Part shown: positions 12,971 to 25,897 of the stretch, piece by piece
Layout of the letters: every line of letters starts with the position of its first letter
Position numbering within the stretch: the first letter of the stretch is position 1
Assembly (NCBI RefSeq): GCF_963921235.1
Contig: NC_086108.1
Coordinates: 14,818,001-14,882,000, forward strand
DNA: 64,000 nucleotides
Source of the DNA: Mobula hypostoma
Taxonomy: Eukaryota
Reading direction: 5' to 3'
The notes under the pieces: generated by a model
Told to the model about the DNA's origin: nothing
The model's database searches: none
What the model saw: only the letters and a program-made list of their open reading frames with translations
Translations under genes and position numbers: made by a program

Positions 12971-15900
12971 TGTTGCAATACACACCCAATCGCGCTAGAT
13001 TCTAGACCTTAGGTGCTCTAACTCCCCCGAATATGGTGTGGCCCTCTTAGGGATTCAGGACTGTCCTGCCATTGGCAGCCATGTTTTGGCACCAGGTTTT
13101 CAATATTTAAGGAGCAGCTGAATAGGATTGCTCAATCTCAATTCTACTCGGATTATTGTCTAGCATCTAGTTTAGTAAATTGTTCTCATTTCAACCTCGC
13201 ATGGTGTCTCGATTCCAGCCTCGGATATTCCAGCAAGAGGATTTCTAGACAGAGCCTGGAGATACACGACCTCCAGGTCGCCGTGTGCCAACTTTCACGA
13301 GATGGAAACTAGAATCACTCAGGTGAGGCTGTCAGTCGCTCTGCAGAATCAGCACATCTTCCGACCCCAGAGAGATTAGATGGTGAACCAGGTTCTTGTC
13401 ACGGCTTCCTCACTCAATGCTCATTAGTGTTTGAACTCCAGTCGTCCCAGTTCCCTGTGGAGTGTGGAAAGGAGACCTTCATGATCTCTCTCCTGATTGG
13501 GAGAGCCCTGGCCTGGACCACCACATGTTGAGAATGAAGACCGGAGATTTGCTTGGATTCGGAGCAATCTATGACCACCCTGAGGAGAGTGTCCCATCAT
13601 CCCACTGGAGGTAGCCAAGCCTCGAACCATCTGATGAAGGTGTGTCAGGGCAGATGGTCAGCGGCCGACTATGCTATCGAGTTTTGGACTTTGACCCAAG
13701 AGAGTAGCTGGAACGGGAGGGCCTTGGCCACTCTATACCAACACAGTCTCAGAGATGAACTAAAGGGTGTCCTTGCCTTAGGAGAGCCAGCAGAGGACTT
13801 AAGAGTTCTAACTGACTGGTCCATCCACCTTGATAATCATCTGGTAGAGCGAAAGTGGGACTACTTCGAGAGGTTGAAGAGATCGCCCAAGCCTGAAGAC
13901 ATCGCATCCCAGTTCCACTTCACGATCTTGGACAATGACCAACCTGACTCCTGCTCAGGATCCTGTCGAGCCCATGCAAGTCGGCTACACAAGACTCTCC
14001 ATTGATGAGAGGCCCCAGAGTCAAAGTCAAGGTGGCTGATATTACTGAGGGGAAGTAGGTCACCTGCAGGGCGAATGTTTGAAGCCGCACCCATCGGGAG
14101 AACTGCTAAGACCATCCAGTGTTGGGAGGACTGTGACGATAGCAGCCACTATTCCCAACCCCACAGATTCTGATGTCACGTTGAAGGCGGAGATCTCCTG
14201 GGGTAAGAGTCGTAGAGAGATGAATGCTTTTGTGGTCTCTGGGGTAGTTGATAATCTCTTGGTCTTGGGAACTGCCCTTCTGTTTGACATACCATTGCAG
14301 GAGTTTAGCAAGTCCATGCCCCCAGCTGTCTTGAATGGCCGTCCGCTAGGGTCCAGACAGATCCAACAGCAGATAATGGATTTGCAGATGAGGATTGAGG
14401 ATCATGTAGAGGATATTACTTTGATTCATTGATTTGCCTCTCATACCCCTGATCCTTGGCTGTCCCAGGAAGGGAGGATCATAGCTTGGTCCAGTCATTG
14501 CAAGAGCGTGTGTTTTCGGCATGGTATTCCGACCACCAGACTGTCCTGAGACCAATGACCGATGAGGGGACAGACTTCAGTTTGGGCTAACCTGAAGCCT
14601 TCAAGAACAAACAAGCCAGCTCCAGCCAGCAGGCCAACAGGTCAAGTTGGGGACACACTGGAACAAGAGAGGAGGGATCTCTAGTTCAGGAGCAAATCAA
14701 AGAAGTGCTCAAGCAGTCGAGAACTCTAGCAGAACCCTAAGGGATCCAGCCACTAGGTCCCAACTAAGGAGCCTCAGGAGTCGTCCTCGAAGAAGGGTTT
14801 GGAGTTAATTGGGTTTCATCCTCTCCATTGGCAATCTCAAGATGGACCCTAGTAAGGCCCAGGCAGTCAGAGATTGGCCACAACCATCCACCATGAAGCA
14901 AGCACAATGGTTCCTGGGATTTGCCAATTTTTACTAGAAATTTATCAGGAACTTCAGCTCGGTGGCAGCTTCACTGACAGCACTAACCATGAGATCCATG
15001 GGCCCTTTTGCTTGGACTACTGAAGTGGAGGGTGCCTTCACAGAGCTCAAACCATGGTCATGACAACTTCCCTTTTTGTTGCACTAACCCGGACCTTCCC
15101 ATCATCGCAGAGGTAGGTGTCTCGGACGTCGGAGTTCTGTGCTGATGTCTCAATGGTCACTTTCGGACGGTAAAATACACCTGTGTGCATTCTTCTTCAG
15201 GTGGCTATCCCTGAAGAATTCACATGGGTGGCTATGACATTGGGAATAGAGAACTGCTTGTGGTCAATTTGGCTTTGGAGGAATGGTGTCACTGGCTTGA
15301 GGGAACCAACAACCCTATTATTATGTAGACAGACCACAAGAACCTGGCTTATATTCAGGAGGCCAAGAGTCCGAATTCCAGGCAGGCCAGGTGGTCCTTG
15401 TTCAATAACTGCTTTAATTTTGTCTTTTGTCAAGGTCAAAAAAGCAGAGACCAGATACCTTGTTCCATCAATTCGATGAACCCGAATGAGCCCCAAGCCA
15501 AAATTATAGCACCAATTCATTTGGGAATTGACGCTCTTGTTCGCAAGGCCCAGGCACAAGGGGAGACTCCTAAGAATGGCCCTCTGTCAGCTGTCCATCC
15601 CAAGTTCCATCCGGTCTCAGGTATTTCAATGAGGACATGCATTGAGAATGCCCACCTGCACAGGGATTGCCAGGACCCTCGAGTCATCGAGGGGAGATAG
15701 TGCTGGCCTGGAATGGCGAGAAAGGTCCATCCATACATAATGGTATGTGAAGTGTATGTCTGGAACAGGGAGTCCCATACCCTACATCAAAGGCTCCTTC
15801 ACCCCCTGCCTGTTCCGGATAGACCATGGGCGCACATCTCCATGGACTTTGTCACAGGTCTTCCTCCTTCCAATCAGAAAACCACTATCATGGTAATTGT

Positions 15901-17035
15901 TGATCGTTTTTCGAGGGCCTGAAGATTATTTGCCTTGGGCAGACTATCCTGCACCAGTGCCAGCCAAAATTGTTCTGCACCAGGTCTTCAGCATCCATGG
16001 TTTTCCGGTGGACACAGTGTCAGGTCGCAGTCCACAATTACATAATGTTTTTGGAGGTCGTTCTGTAGGTTGACTGAGCCAACAATTAGTCTTTCCTCTG
16101 GGTTTCATCCACAGTCCAATGGCCAGATGGAGTGAGTGAGCCAAGAAGTCTGGCCTCAGAAAGACCAGATGATGTGGGCAGAGGTCACCCACAATACTTT
16201 ATGGCATTCGGCGCATGGGATATCTCTGTTTGAATGCCAATTTGGGTAATCTTCAACACTCTTCCTGAGCAGGAGGCTGAGGTTGGGATTCCCACAGCCA
16301 GAGATCTTGTCTGACGCTGCAAGGAGAAATGGACTAGGGCAAGAGAGATTTTGTTGGCCTCTACCAGAAAGACTGAGGTGAAGGCTAACTGCAAGAGAAG
16401 ACAGGGACCAGCTTTGCAGCCTGGGTAACAGGTCTGGCTGTCTACTCAGGATTTACCTCTCTGGGTGGAGTCTTGGAAATTGACACCCAAGTTCTCTGGA
16501 CCCTTCAAGGTTCTCAAAGGAGTTAACCGGGTGGTTTATACTTTGCAGCTGCCAAAGACCCTCAAAATCAATCCCACTTTCCACACTTCCAAATTAAAAC
16601 TTGGAAACACCAGCCCTTTAGCCCCTCTGCCATCAGTCCCACTACCACCCAGGTTTGTGGATGGGGAATTGGTACGTCTTCACCATGAAAAGAATTTTGG
16701 ATTCACGAACTGTTCGAGGTGTTGGACTGGGAAGGATTTGGACCCTAGGCTCAGTGCTGAGTTCCTGAAAGGGACATCTTGGACCTGGCTCTCATCCATG
16801 ACTCCATCACCATCTCTCTGAGCAACTAGGCGTGGGGTTGGTCCTGTTATGATATGCACCCAACCGTGCCAGTTTCCAGGGCTTAGACACTCTAACTCTT
16901 CGAAATATGGCCAGCTGGGGCAGCTCCTTTAAGGATTCAGGACCGTCCTGCTAATTGGCAGCTGTGTTTTAGCACCAGGATTTCAATGTTTATGGAGGTT
17001 CAGTGCTTAATCATCAGCTCTACTTGGATTACACA
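12971..17035 (+). mobile_element. Ty3/Gypsy LTR retrotransposon relic, Sushi-like (chromovirus), with two diverged LTRs
   Basis: LTRs ~12971-13155 and 16845-17035; gag LPTPERLDGEPGSCHGFLTQCSL and SAADYAIEFWTL; RT end [23 protein letters not shown]; integrase PWAHISMDFVTGLP..IVDRFSR and GPFKVL..INPTFH. Confidence 0.9.
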
Positions 17036-17089
17036 ATAGTGGGAGAAACAAGAGTGAAGTTCTTATAACGCAATCAGTCAGTATTCTTA

Positions 17090-18010
17090 AGATGAGAATT
17101 TTGCTGACCTCATGTCATGTTTTGATGAAGGCTTATAAAACTTCAGTTAGGACACATATGGAGCATTGTGTATCGTTTTGGCAGCCCCATTACAGGAAAA
17201 CTGTTGAGGCTTTGGAGAGACTGCAAAAGTTTACCAGGATGCTACCTGAATTGGAAAATATGAGCTTTAAGGAGAGGTCAGGCAAACTTATTTTTTACCT
17301 GGAATATTGTAGGCTAAGGGAACATGTTTATAATATTACAAGAGGTATAATTAAAATAGAGTCTTTTTCCAGTCTTGTCAAATACTAGAGGACATGCATT
17401 TATGCTGAGAAGAGAAAAGTTTCAAAGAATCGTGCAGGAAAAGGTCTTTTTTTTTTAACAGAGTAACAAGTGCCAGGAATGGACTGCCAGACGTAATGGT
17501 GGAAGCGGGTATGACAGTGGCATTTAAGAAGCTTTTAGACAGACAAATAAATGAAGTAATATGGATCATGTATAGACAGAAGATAGAAACATAGAAACAT
17601 AGAAAATCTACAGCGCAATACAGGCCCTTCAGCCTACAATGCTGTGCAGAACATGTTCTTACTTTAGAAATTACCTCAGGTTACCCATTACCCTCTATTT
17701 TACTAAGCCCCATGTACCTGTCCAGGAGTTTCTTAAAAGACCCTATCGTATCTGCCTCCACCGCCGCCGGCAGCCCATCCCACGCACTCACCACTCTCTT
17801 CATAAAAAACTTGCCCCTGACATCTCCTCTGTACCTGCTTCCAAGCATCATAAAACTGTGCCCTCTCATGTTAGCCATTTCAGCCCTGGGAAAAAGCCTT
17901 TGACACGCTCAATGCCTGTCATCATCTTACACAACTAATATTTGGTTTAATTCAATATCATGTTCAGCAGAGACATGTTGGACATGAAGGGCCTGTTCCT
18001 TTATGTACAG
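17090..18010 (+). mobile_element. Decayed CR1 3' end
   Basis: AYKTSVRTHMEHCVSFWQPHYRK; its 3' UTR is split by the next feature. Confidence 0.8.
17582..17935 (-). mobile_element. CR1 3' end nested in a CR1 3' UTR
   Basis: (ATAGAAAC)n tail; RGHSF..RGKFFMKRVVSAW. Confidence 0.88.
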
Positions 18011-18105
18011 TTGAAAGGGGAATGTGTAGGGGCCCTTCCTTAGGGCTGGGAAAGGGAATAGGACAAGTTAGTTCTCATGAGAGAGAGCTGGGGAAGTTTG
18101 TAGAA

Positions 18106-18745
18106 CGAAGAGCAGAAGAGCTGACGGGATGGCGACGCGACGCAGCACTCGCAGCTCTCCGGTGAAATTATATCATATCTATTATATAGAGGCCGTGGAC
18201 AATTCTGATTTGATAGAGATAGACGTGAGAAGCATAGAAGAACATCTGGAGAAACTTCTGAAAGGCCCGGTTCGCTGCCGCTGCTACTGCGCGATCGAGA
18301 ATCTCCGGAGGGAAGGCCCAAAAATCCCCGGCTTTGCCTGCTGCTGGCGACCGAGGCTGAGGTCGAAGCATCTGGCAGAGATCGTGCTCGGTACTCGGTG
18401 TCGGAGGGCTGGTCGGAGGCTCGAAGTTTTCGGATGACTCAGAGTCGGACTGTGGTCGGGCATGGCAGGGAGAGTTTTCTTCCTTCTCCCATCTGCATGA
18501 GATGTGGAACTTTCGAGAGACTTTGAATTTTTTTACTGTGCCATGGCCTGTTCTTCATCAAGTTATGGTATTGTTGCACTGTTGTAACTATATGTTATAA
18601 TTACGTGGTTTTTGTCAGTTTTTCAGTCTTGGTCTGTCCTGTGTTTCTGTGATTTCACACCAGAGGAATATTATATCATTTCTTAATGCATGCATTACTA
18701 AATGACAATAAAAGAGGACTGCATGTCCTCATAATCTAATCTAAA
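18106..18745 (+). mobile_element. Putative non-autonomous LINE-derived retroposon, CpG-rich
   Basis: 5' GATGGCGACGCG start, non-coding body, AATAAA followed by AATCTAATCT tail. Confidence 0.55.
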
Positions 18746-18829
18746 AACAGTATCTACACATGGCTGAGTCCAATACGTTAATGGGGACATTTACCAAAGC
18801 CAAAGTCACTTTTTTTGTCTGTGTAACAT

Positions 18830-19212
18830 CTTGAGGGGCCTGACTCTCAGGCCGAGGCCCTTCATTGGCCAGGGTCGACCATGGATGTCGATACACAAAC
18901 CAGAGCTGTACGAGCAAGCTGTTTCCAAATGAGTAGACTCCCCATCTCCACACTACTATGTATCCAAAGAAATGGTACAGGCCAGTACAGATTGGCAGCA
19001 GCATTGTTGCAGAAGTTGTCAGTCAACATTGAACTCAACTTAGGACTGCCTTAGTGACTCCAGCTCTAGATTGTTCCTCAGGGTTTACTCCCAAAGCCTT
19101 CCCCAGCAGTGGGTATAGTACAAAGCAGAGGAGGTTTGAGATCAGTTTTCAGACTCCTGGATGAGCTGCCAACCATGGCTGACGAGTCCCATCTGCCTGG
19201 CTGTCAAGCCAG
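18830..19212 (-). mobile_element. RTE 5'-UTR-derived short element
   Basis: Minus strand GGCAGATGGGACTCGTCAGCC..GGCAGCTCATCCAGGAG..CTGATCTCAAACCTC resembles RTE 5' UTRs; ends CCATGGTCGACC. Confidence 0.55.
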
Positions 19213-19239
19213 ACTTTATGAATATGAAAAGAGAAACTG

Positions 19240-19720
19240 AGTGAAGATGATGAAGGCAGAAACACTGAGTCATCTGAAGTTGGAGAATTTGATTTTGAGC
19301 CTTACAGGTTGCAATGTTCCCTAAGGGGGAAGATGTGGTGTGTTCCTCAAGTTTGCAATGTGTCTCTCTGTGACAGTGAAGGAGATCACAGATCGATAGG
19401 TCAGAGTGAGATGGTGGCTCAAAGTGCCAATCGTTGAGAAGCTCAGTATCATTGCTGTAGACTAAACACAAGTGGTAACCAAACTGTATTTGGCTTCCCC
19501 AGGATAAAGGAAGCCACACAATGGACATTGATCACTAGATGGGAAGAAGAAGTGAACCGCTGGAGGGTGGGATGGGAGGAGGTGAAAAGGCCAGTGCTGC
19601 ATTGCTTGAGAAGGTGTGATGAGATGGGATTGGTTCACAGCTATGGTGAAGAGGTGCAGGAAGTGTGTGTCTAGTGCCGAAATCTCATTGATGTTGCTTG
19701 CATTGTCACCACATGATTGA
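19240..19720 (-). mobile_element. Old Penelope-like GIY-YIG fragment
   Basis: SHSDLSICDLLHCHRETHCKLEEH aligns to the 7741-8067 peptide. Confidence 0.7.
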
Positions 19721-19829
19721 GACTCGGTTATGAACAGACAGTAAATGTTGGCATTCAGAACATAGAGCATGGAACAGTACAGCACAGGAACATACCTGTC
19801 TGCCCACAGTTGTGCCAAACTAATGACAC

Positions 19830-22800
19830 ACAAGCCAAAGTACAGCAACAGCTACTTACCACCAAGGCAGTAAAGAAATGGTCTCCAGAGGCCATCGAGG
19901 TCTTGAAGAGCTGCTTTGAGGTTACTATAAAATATAGGAGCAGAAGTACGCCATACGGCCCATCGAGTCTGCTCCGTCATTCAATCATGGGCTGATCCAA
20001 TTCTTCCAGTCATCCCCACTTCCCTGCTTTCACCCCATATTCTTTGATGTCCTGGCTAATCAAGAACCTATCTATCTCTGCCTTAAATACATTCAATGAC
20101 ATGGCCTCCACAGCTGCTCATAGCAACATACTCCACAGATTTACCACCCTCTGACTAAAGTAATTTCTCTGCATCTCAGTTCTAAAAGGACGTTCTTCAA
20201 TCCTGAAGTCATGCCCTCTTGTCCTGGACTCCCCTACCATGGGAAATAACTTTGCCATATCTAATCTCTTCAGGCCTTTTAACATTCGGAATGTTTCAAT
20301 GAAATACCCCCTCATTCTCCTGAACTCCAGGGAATACAGCCCAAGATCTGCCAGACGTTCCTCATACAGTAGCCCTTTCATTCCTGGAATCATTCTCATG
20401 AATCTTCTCTGAACCCTCTCCAATATCAGTATATCCTTTCTAAAATAAGGAGCCCAAAACTGCATACAATACTCCAAGTGTGGTCTCACGAGTGCCTTAT
20501 AGAGCCTCAACATCACACCCCTGCTCTTACACTCTATAACTCTAGAAATGAATGCCAACATTGCATTCGCCTTCTTCACCACCAACTCAACCTGGAGGAT
20601 AACTGTTAGGGTTTCTCGCACAAGGACTCCCAATTCCCTTTACATCTCTGCATTTTGAATTCTCTCCCCATCTAAATAATATTTTACCCATTTATTTCTT
20701 CCACCAAAGTGCATGACCATACACTTTCCAACATAGTATTTCATTTGCCACTTCTTTGCCCATTCCCCTAAACAATCTAAGTCTCTCCGCAGGATCTCTG
20801 TTTCCTCAACACTACCCACTCCTCCACCTATCTATGTGTTTTGTGAACCATATGGGCAAACTTACTGATTGCTCACTGGCTACATCAACTTCTGTGTGGA
20901 CACTGTAATACCATCAAGGACTATTTGCTGCTTCCCTAACAACAAACCATGTGCCACCAGTGATCTGAAGACTCTTCTCAACCACAAGGAGAGAGCCTTT
21001 AGATCAGGAGACAGAGAGGGATTGAAACGTGTGCAGAGGGAGCTAAAGGAGAAGATCAAGCTGACTAAAGAGGAATACAGGAGAGAGCTGGAGAACAAGC
21101 TTGGGCAGAGGAGCACACAGGAGATGTGGAGAGGCATGAAGAATTCACTGGCTTCAATCAGCTTAGCTGTAGAGCCTTCAAATGCAGCCATGAATGGGCT
21201 GATGAGTTAAAACAATTCTTAAAAGGTTTGACAATTGCCCTCCTGTTCACACCCCCTCAGCACACCAGTCCAGGTGCAGAGGCACCCAATGCTTCCTCAA
21301 CTCCAACACTTCCCCTCCCCACTTCACTTCAACACATGGGTAAACCTCACAGACTACCCCTGTCTACACCCCTCCTTCCCCTCCATCTACCATCCACACT
21401 CCACATACCAGCTGCCACCATCTCGATCATTACCTCCCCCAGCCCCCACCTCCACCAACTCCCCAGTCATTATGGACTCTCCGTCACTACTGAGCAGGTG
21501 AGAAGGGCTCTAGGGAAACTCAGACATGGCAAAGCATTGGGACCATATGGTGTGACCCAGGGTCCTGAAGGAGTGTGCTGAGTAGTTGTGTGGAGTTCTG
21601 CAGTGCATTTTCAGTCTGAGTCTCAGCCTGGAAAGAGTCCTGACTGTGTGGAAAACATCATGTTTGGTCCCAGTACCCAAGAAGGGCTGACCAGAAGTCT
21701 CAAATGACTACTGTCTTGTGACCCTGACCTCACACGTCATGAAGACCCTAGAGAGGCTGGTCCTGGCTCACTCTGACTCCTTCTCAGATCAACCCTCGAT
21801 CCCCTGCATTTTGCCTACCAGGAGCACAGGAGTTAATGATGCTGTCCTGCTGAACAGAGCCTACTCCCATTTGGATAAGCAGGGCAGCACTGTGAGATCA
21901 TGTTTTTTGATCTCTCAAGTGCCTTCAATACCATACAGCCCTCATTGCTGGGGGGAAAGCTCTGTTCAGTGCAGGTTGACACTTCCATTATATCCTGGGT
22001 AATGGACTACCTGACTGGCAGGCCAGTTTGTGTGGCTTCAGAGCTGTAAGCAGCAGTGTGGCCCCTCAGGGGACTGTATTGGCTCCCTTCCTGTTTACCG
22101 TGTATACCTTGGTCTTTAGCTACAACATTGAGAAATTCTCTGATGACTCAACAATAGTTGGGTGTATAAAGGAAGGGGAAGAGGATGAATGCAAGGTCTG
22201 GTGGAAGATTTTATCGAATGGTGCAAACTGAATCATCTGCCGCCCAACAATAGTAAGACAAAAGAGCTGGTGATGGACTTTAGAAAGACCAAGCCTGCAC
22301 TACTCCCACATGGATGTGATGACAACCTACAAGTAGCTGGGGGTGCGCCTGGATGACAGACTTGAGTGGAGCGCCAACACAGAGGCTGTGTACAAAAGGG
22401 GCCAGAGTCGCTTCAGGAGGTCCTGAGAAGACAGAGGTCCTTTCGAGTATGCGGGCCTCTCCTTCACATGTTCTACCAGTCCGTTGCCACCAGTACAATC
22501 TCCTATGCAGTGGTGTGTTGGGGCAATGGCATCAACATGGGTGATGCCAACAGGCTCAATGAACTGATTAGAAGGGCTGGCTCTGTTATAGGGATCAAAC
22601 TGAACCCACTGGAGGCTGTGTTAGAACAGAGGACTCTGGAAAGTCCTGTCAATTCTGCACAACGCTTCTCACCCTCTGCATGCCACCTTGGCTGAGCAGA
22701 GGAGCACTTTTAGTAACAGACTAAGATAACTGCTCTGCTCCAAATAGCGCGATAAGAGGTCATCCTCACCCTTGGCCACTGGGCTCTATAATGAGTCATC

Positions 22801-23187
22801 CTATAGCTGGGGAAATGACAACCCCCTCTTGTTAGACTGTTATTAACCTCTGTTTACCAGAGCTCTGTTAAGCTCGGCTTAACTCTGTTTACCATATCCC
22901 GTTAACGCGAAAACCCTGTACAATACCACCATCACTTCTTATCTGGACGGTGTGAATGTGCACCCATTACTGTACAAAATTATGATGATTCTTACACTAC
23001 CATCTTATCAGTGTGAACTTGGAAATCTTGTAAATCTTGTCATCTTGGACGTGTAAATTTTGAACATCTTATTTTTGAGGTAACTTTTTTTATTCTTTCT
23101 TACTTCTCTTCTAACATTTGTACATCTGTGCACTTGTAATGTTACTGTGACACTGTAATTTCCTTTGGGATCAATAAAGTATCTATC
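19830..23187 (+). mobile_element. Rex1/Babar-like LINE (RT to 3' end), frameshifted, with nested CR1
   Basis: KKWSPEAIEVLKSCFE, LTGYINFCVD..FPNNKP, LTSHVMKTLERLV, APQGTVLAPFLF, KFSDDS, FYQSVA..YAVVCWG; tail GGGATCAATAAAGTATCTATC. Confidence 0.88.
19927..20832 (-). mobile_element. CR1 3' part nested in the Rex1-like element
   Basis: ORF 20118-20633 LYKALVRPHLEYCMQFWAPY..FSQRVVNLW. Confidence 0.93.
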
Positions 23188-23189
23188 CA

Positions 23190-23680
23190 CCTATAATTCA
23201 ACTAATCCCTTCTGCCTGTAGTATAAGGGCCTCTATTGTATCTGTCTCCACCACCACCCCCGGCAGCCAATCCTATGCACCCACCACTATCTGTGTAAAA
23301 ATAAAAGCCCAAAATACCTCAGCCCCCGCCAGTCCAGAGATAACAATCCAAGTTCATCCTCCCTTTCCTTATCGTTCATGCCCTCCTAATCCAGGCTAAA
23401 TCCCATTAAACCTCTCCTGTATTCTCTCCACTACCTCCACATCCTTCCTATAAAGGGGTGACCAGCACTGAGTGCAAAATTCCCAATGCAGCCTAACCAG
23501 AATTTTATAAAACTGCAACATAACATGCTGACACTGGAACTCAGTGCTCAACTAATAAAGACAAGAATGTCATATGTCTTCTCTACCATGTGTAGCTAAT
23601 TTCAGGGAGCAATTGACTTGGACTCTAAGATCCATCTGAAGATTAACACTGTTAAGGGTCCTGCCATTACTGTGTACTTT
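23190..23680 (-). mobile_element. Decayed CR1 3' part
   Basis: Reverse-strand remnants of LQFYKILVRLHWEF and 3' UTR. Confidence 0.65.
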
Positions 23681-23759
23681 CAGTGACACCCACAATATAT
23701 GAATGAAGAAATTACATAACGGAACTTCATCAATTGTTTATACGTCAGAATCGAGAAAT

Positions 23760-24130
23760 TAGTCCTTCTGGTCAAGGATACTTTGAGCATCCTTAAGGAA
23801 GGTGAATTCTTGGAAAGCATCTGGCCCAGACAGTTTACTGAAGATCTGTACTAATCAACTGGCTGGAGTGTTTACTGACACCTTCAAACTCTTGCTTCAG
23901 CAGTCTGAGGTACCACCTGTTTCAAGCAGGCTTCAATCATACTGTTGCCCAAGAAGAACATGGTAACCTGTCTCAATGACTATCATCTGGTCACACTTTC
24001 ATCCACTGTGAAGTACTTTGAGAGGTTGGTCATAAAACGTATCAACTCCTGCCTGAGGAGTGACCTAGATCTGCTACAATTTGCCTACCATCACAACAGG
24101 TCAAGAGCAGATACCAGTTTATTGCCAGTA
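23760..24130 (+). mobile_element. Rex1-like RT fragment
   Basis: PKKNMVTCLNDYHLVTLSS..KYFERLV..LDLLQFAYHHNRS. Confidence 0.8.
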
Positions 24131-24971
24131 TCCCCATTCCTGCATTTTTCTTTCAATTAGTTTCTGAAGTTACTAACCATAATAATGGTGATGAGGAAGT
24201 TTTCCAACAAACCTGAGATGACTACCTACCTGTTGAAGTGCAGCTCATTTTTCTTCAAAAGGGAAACAACGAATATGGCCATGGGTTCATGAACAGTGAG
24301 TACGGGATGATAATAATAAACCAAAAAATTGAAGAAATAGCTGGCTGTATCTGCATCATACATTTGATGCGTTTGACTGCACAACAGATAAATGGATGAT
24401 GTATACCGAATAAATTGAGCAATATTTTGAAGCAAATTAACTACCCAATGAAAAACCAATGTCAGTGTTACTGAATGCAATGGGTGGAAAAGCATACAGT
24501 TTGTGAACCAGCCAAACTGTGCTTTGTTGATATCATAAGCGTAATATAGGAACATTTACGTAGAACCGAAAACATTGATAATTGCCAGAAAACTTTAGGT
24601 TTCATAAGCAGAATCAAAAGGAAGGAGAGTCATTTCAACTTACGTGGCTATATTGAAAAAAATTGTCCAAACATTGTCAGTTCAGTGATCAGCTTAATGA
24701 TGCGCTAACAGATCATTTAGTTTGTCGAATCTTACAAGAAAGTATTCAAAAATGGCTCCTGACTAAAGCACAACTCACATTTAAAAGAGCAGTTGAAATT
24801 GTTGCATCAATGGAAACAGCAGACAGAGACGCAATTGAGTTGCAGTCAGGAATGAAAGTAAGCTTGAACAAAATTGCAATGTCTAAACTGAAACCTGCCT
24901 GGCCAAACAAATCATGTTACCACTATGGCAGGGGCTCACATACACCAGACCAATGTTGGTTTAGAGGCAAA

Positions 24972-25278
24972 ACTTTATACTTTATTGTCGCCAAACAATT
25001 GGTACTAGAACGTACAAACATTACAGCGATATTTGCTTCTGCGCTTCCCACTCCCTTGATTACAAATATTAAATATTAAAAATAGTAAAAATTAGTACAC
25101 ATTAAAAATTTAAATCATAGTTCATAAACAGAAAATAGAAAAATGGAAAGTAAGATAGTGCAAAAAAACTGAGAGGCAGGTCCGGATATTTGGAGGGTAC
25201 GGCCCAGATCCGGGTCAGGATCCGTTCAGCAGTCTTATCACAGTTGGAAAGAAGCTGTTCCCAAATCAGGCCGTATGA
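24972..25278 (-). mobile_element. LINE (Rex1-like) 3' end inserted in Gypsy gag
   Basis: Minus strand RPDLGTASFQL (C-terminal SF motif region), AT-rich UTR, AATAAAGTATAAAG tail. Confidence 0.6.
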
Positions 25279-25631
25279 GAAAATACAACAAAATAGAACA
25301 CATACAAAGAAGACAGACAAAAATAAATGGAAGTGAAAAAGATAAAAAGTCAAGCTGCAGTTTCAAAAAGAGCCCTAATCTGCATGCTGTTGATGAAAAA
25401 TCTGATAATGATGAGAGTGACACAGGACTGAGTAGCCTTAAGATTTACCATGTGAAAACTAACAGGAGGCAAGCAATGTGGCTTACACCAGAAGTGAACG
25501 ACAAATTAATTAAAATGTATTGGATCCTAACTCAGCTGCTTCAGTCATTCTACAAAGAAGTCTGAACAGCATTTCAAAGATACTGAACTGAGGCCTGCAG
25601 ATATCCAACTAAGAACTTAAACTGGAAAAGA

Positions 25632-25897
25632 GGCACGGTGGCATAGTGGTTAGCGCAAGGTTTTATCGTTCAATTCCCACTGCTGCCTGTAAGGAGTTTG
25701 TACGTTCTCCCTGTGACCGGGCGGGTTTCCTCTGGACTGCCCCCACAGTCCAAAGACGTGCCGTTTAGTAGGTTAATTGGTTATTGTAAAATGTCCCATG
25801 ATTAGGCTTGGATTAGATTGGGAGATTGCTGGGCAGTGTGAACCAAAGGGCTAGAAGAGCCTGCTCCACACTGTATCTCCATAAATATAAATTTTTA
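25632..25897 (+). mobile_element. V-SINE-like tRNA-derived SINE
   Basis: GGCACGGTGGCATAGTGGTTAGC head; V-domain GGAGTTTGTACGTTCTCCCTGTGACC..GGGTTTCCTC..CCACAGTCCAAAGAC; possible TSD AAAAGA. Confidence 0.82.
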
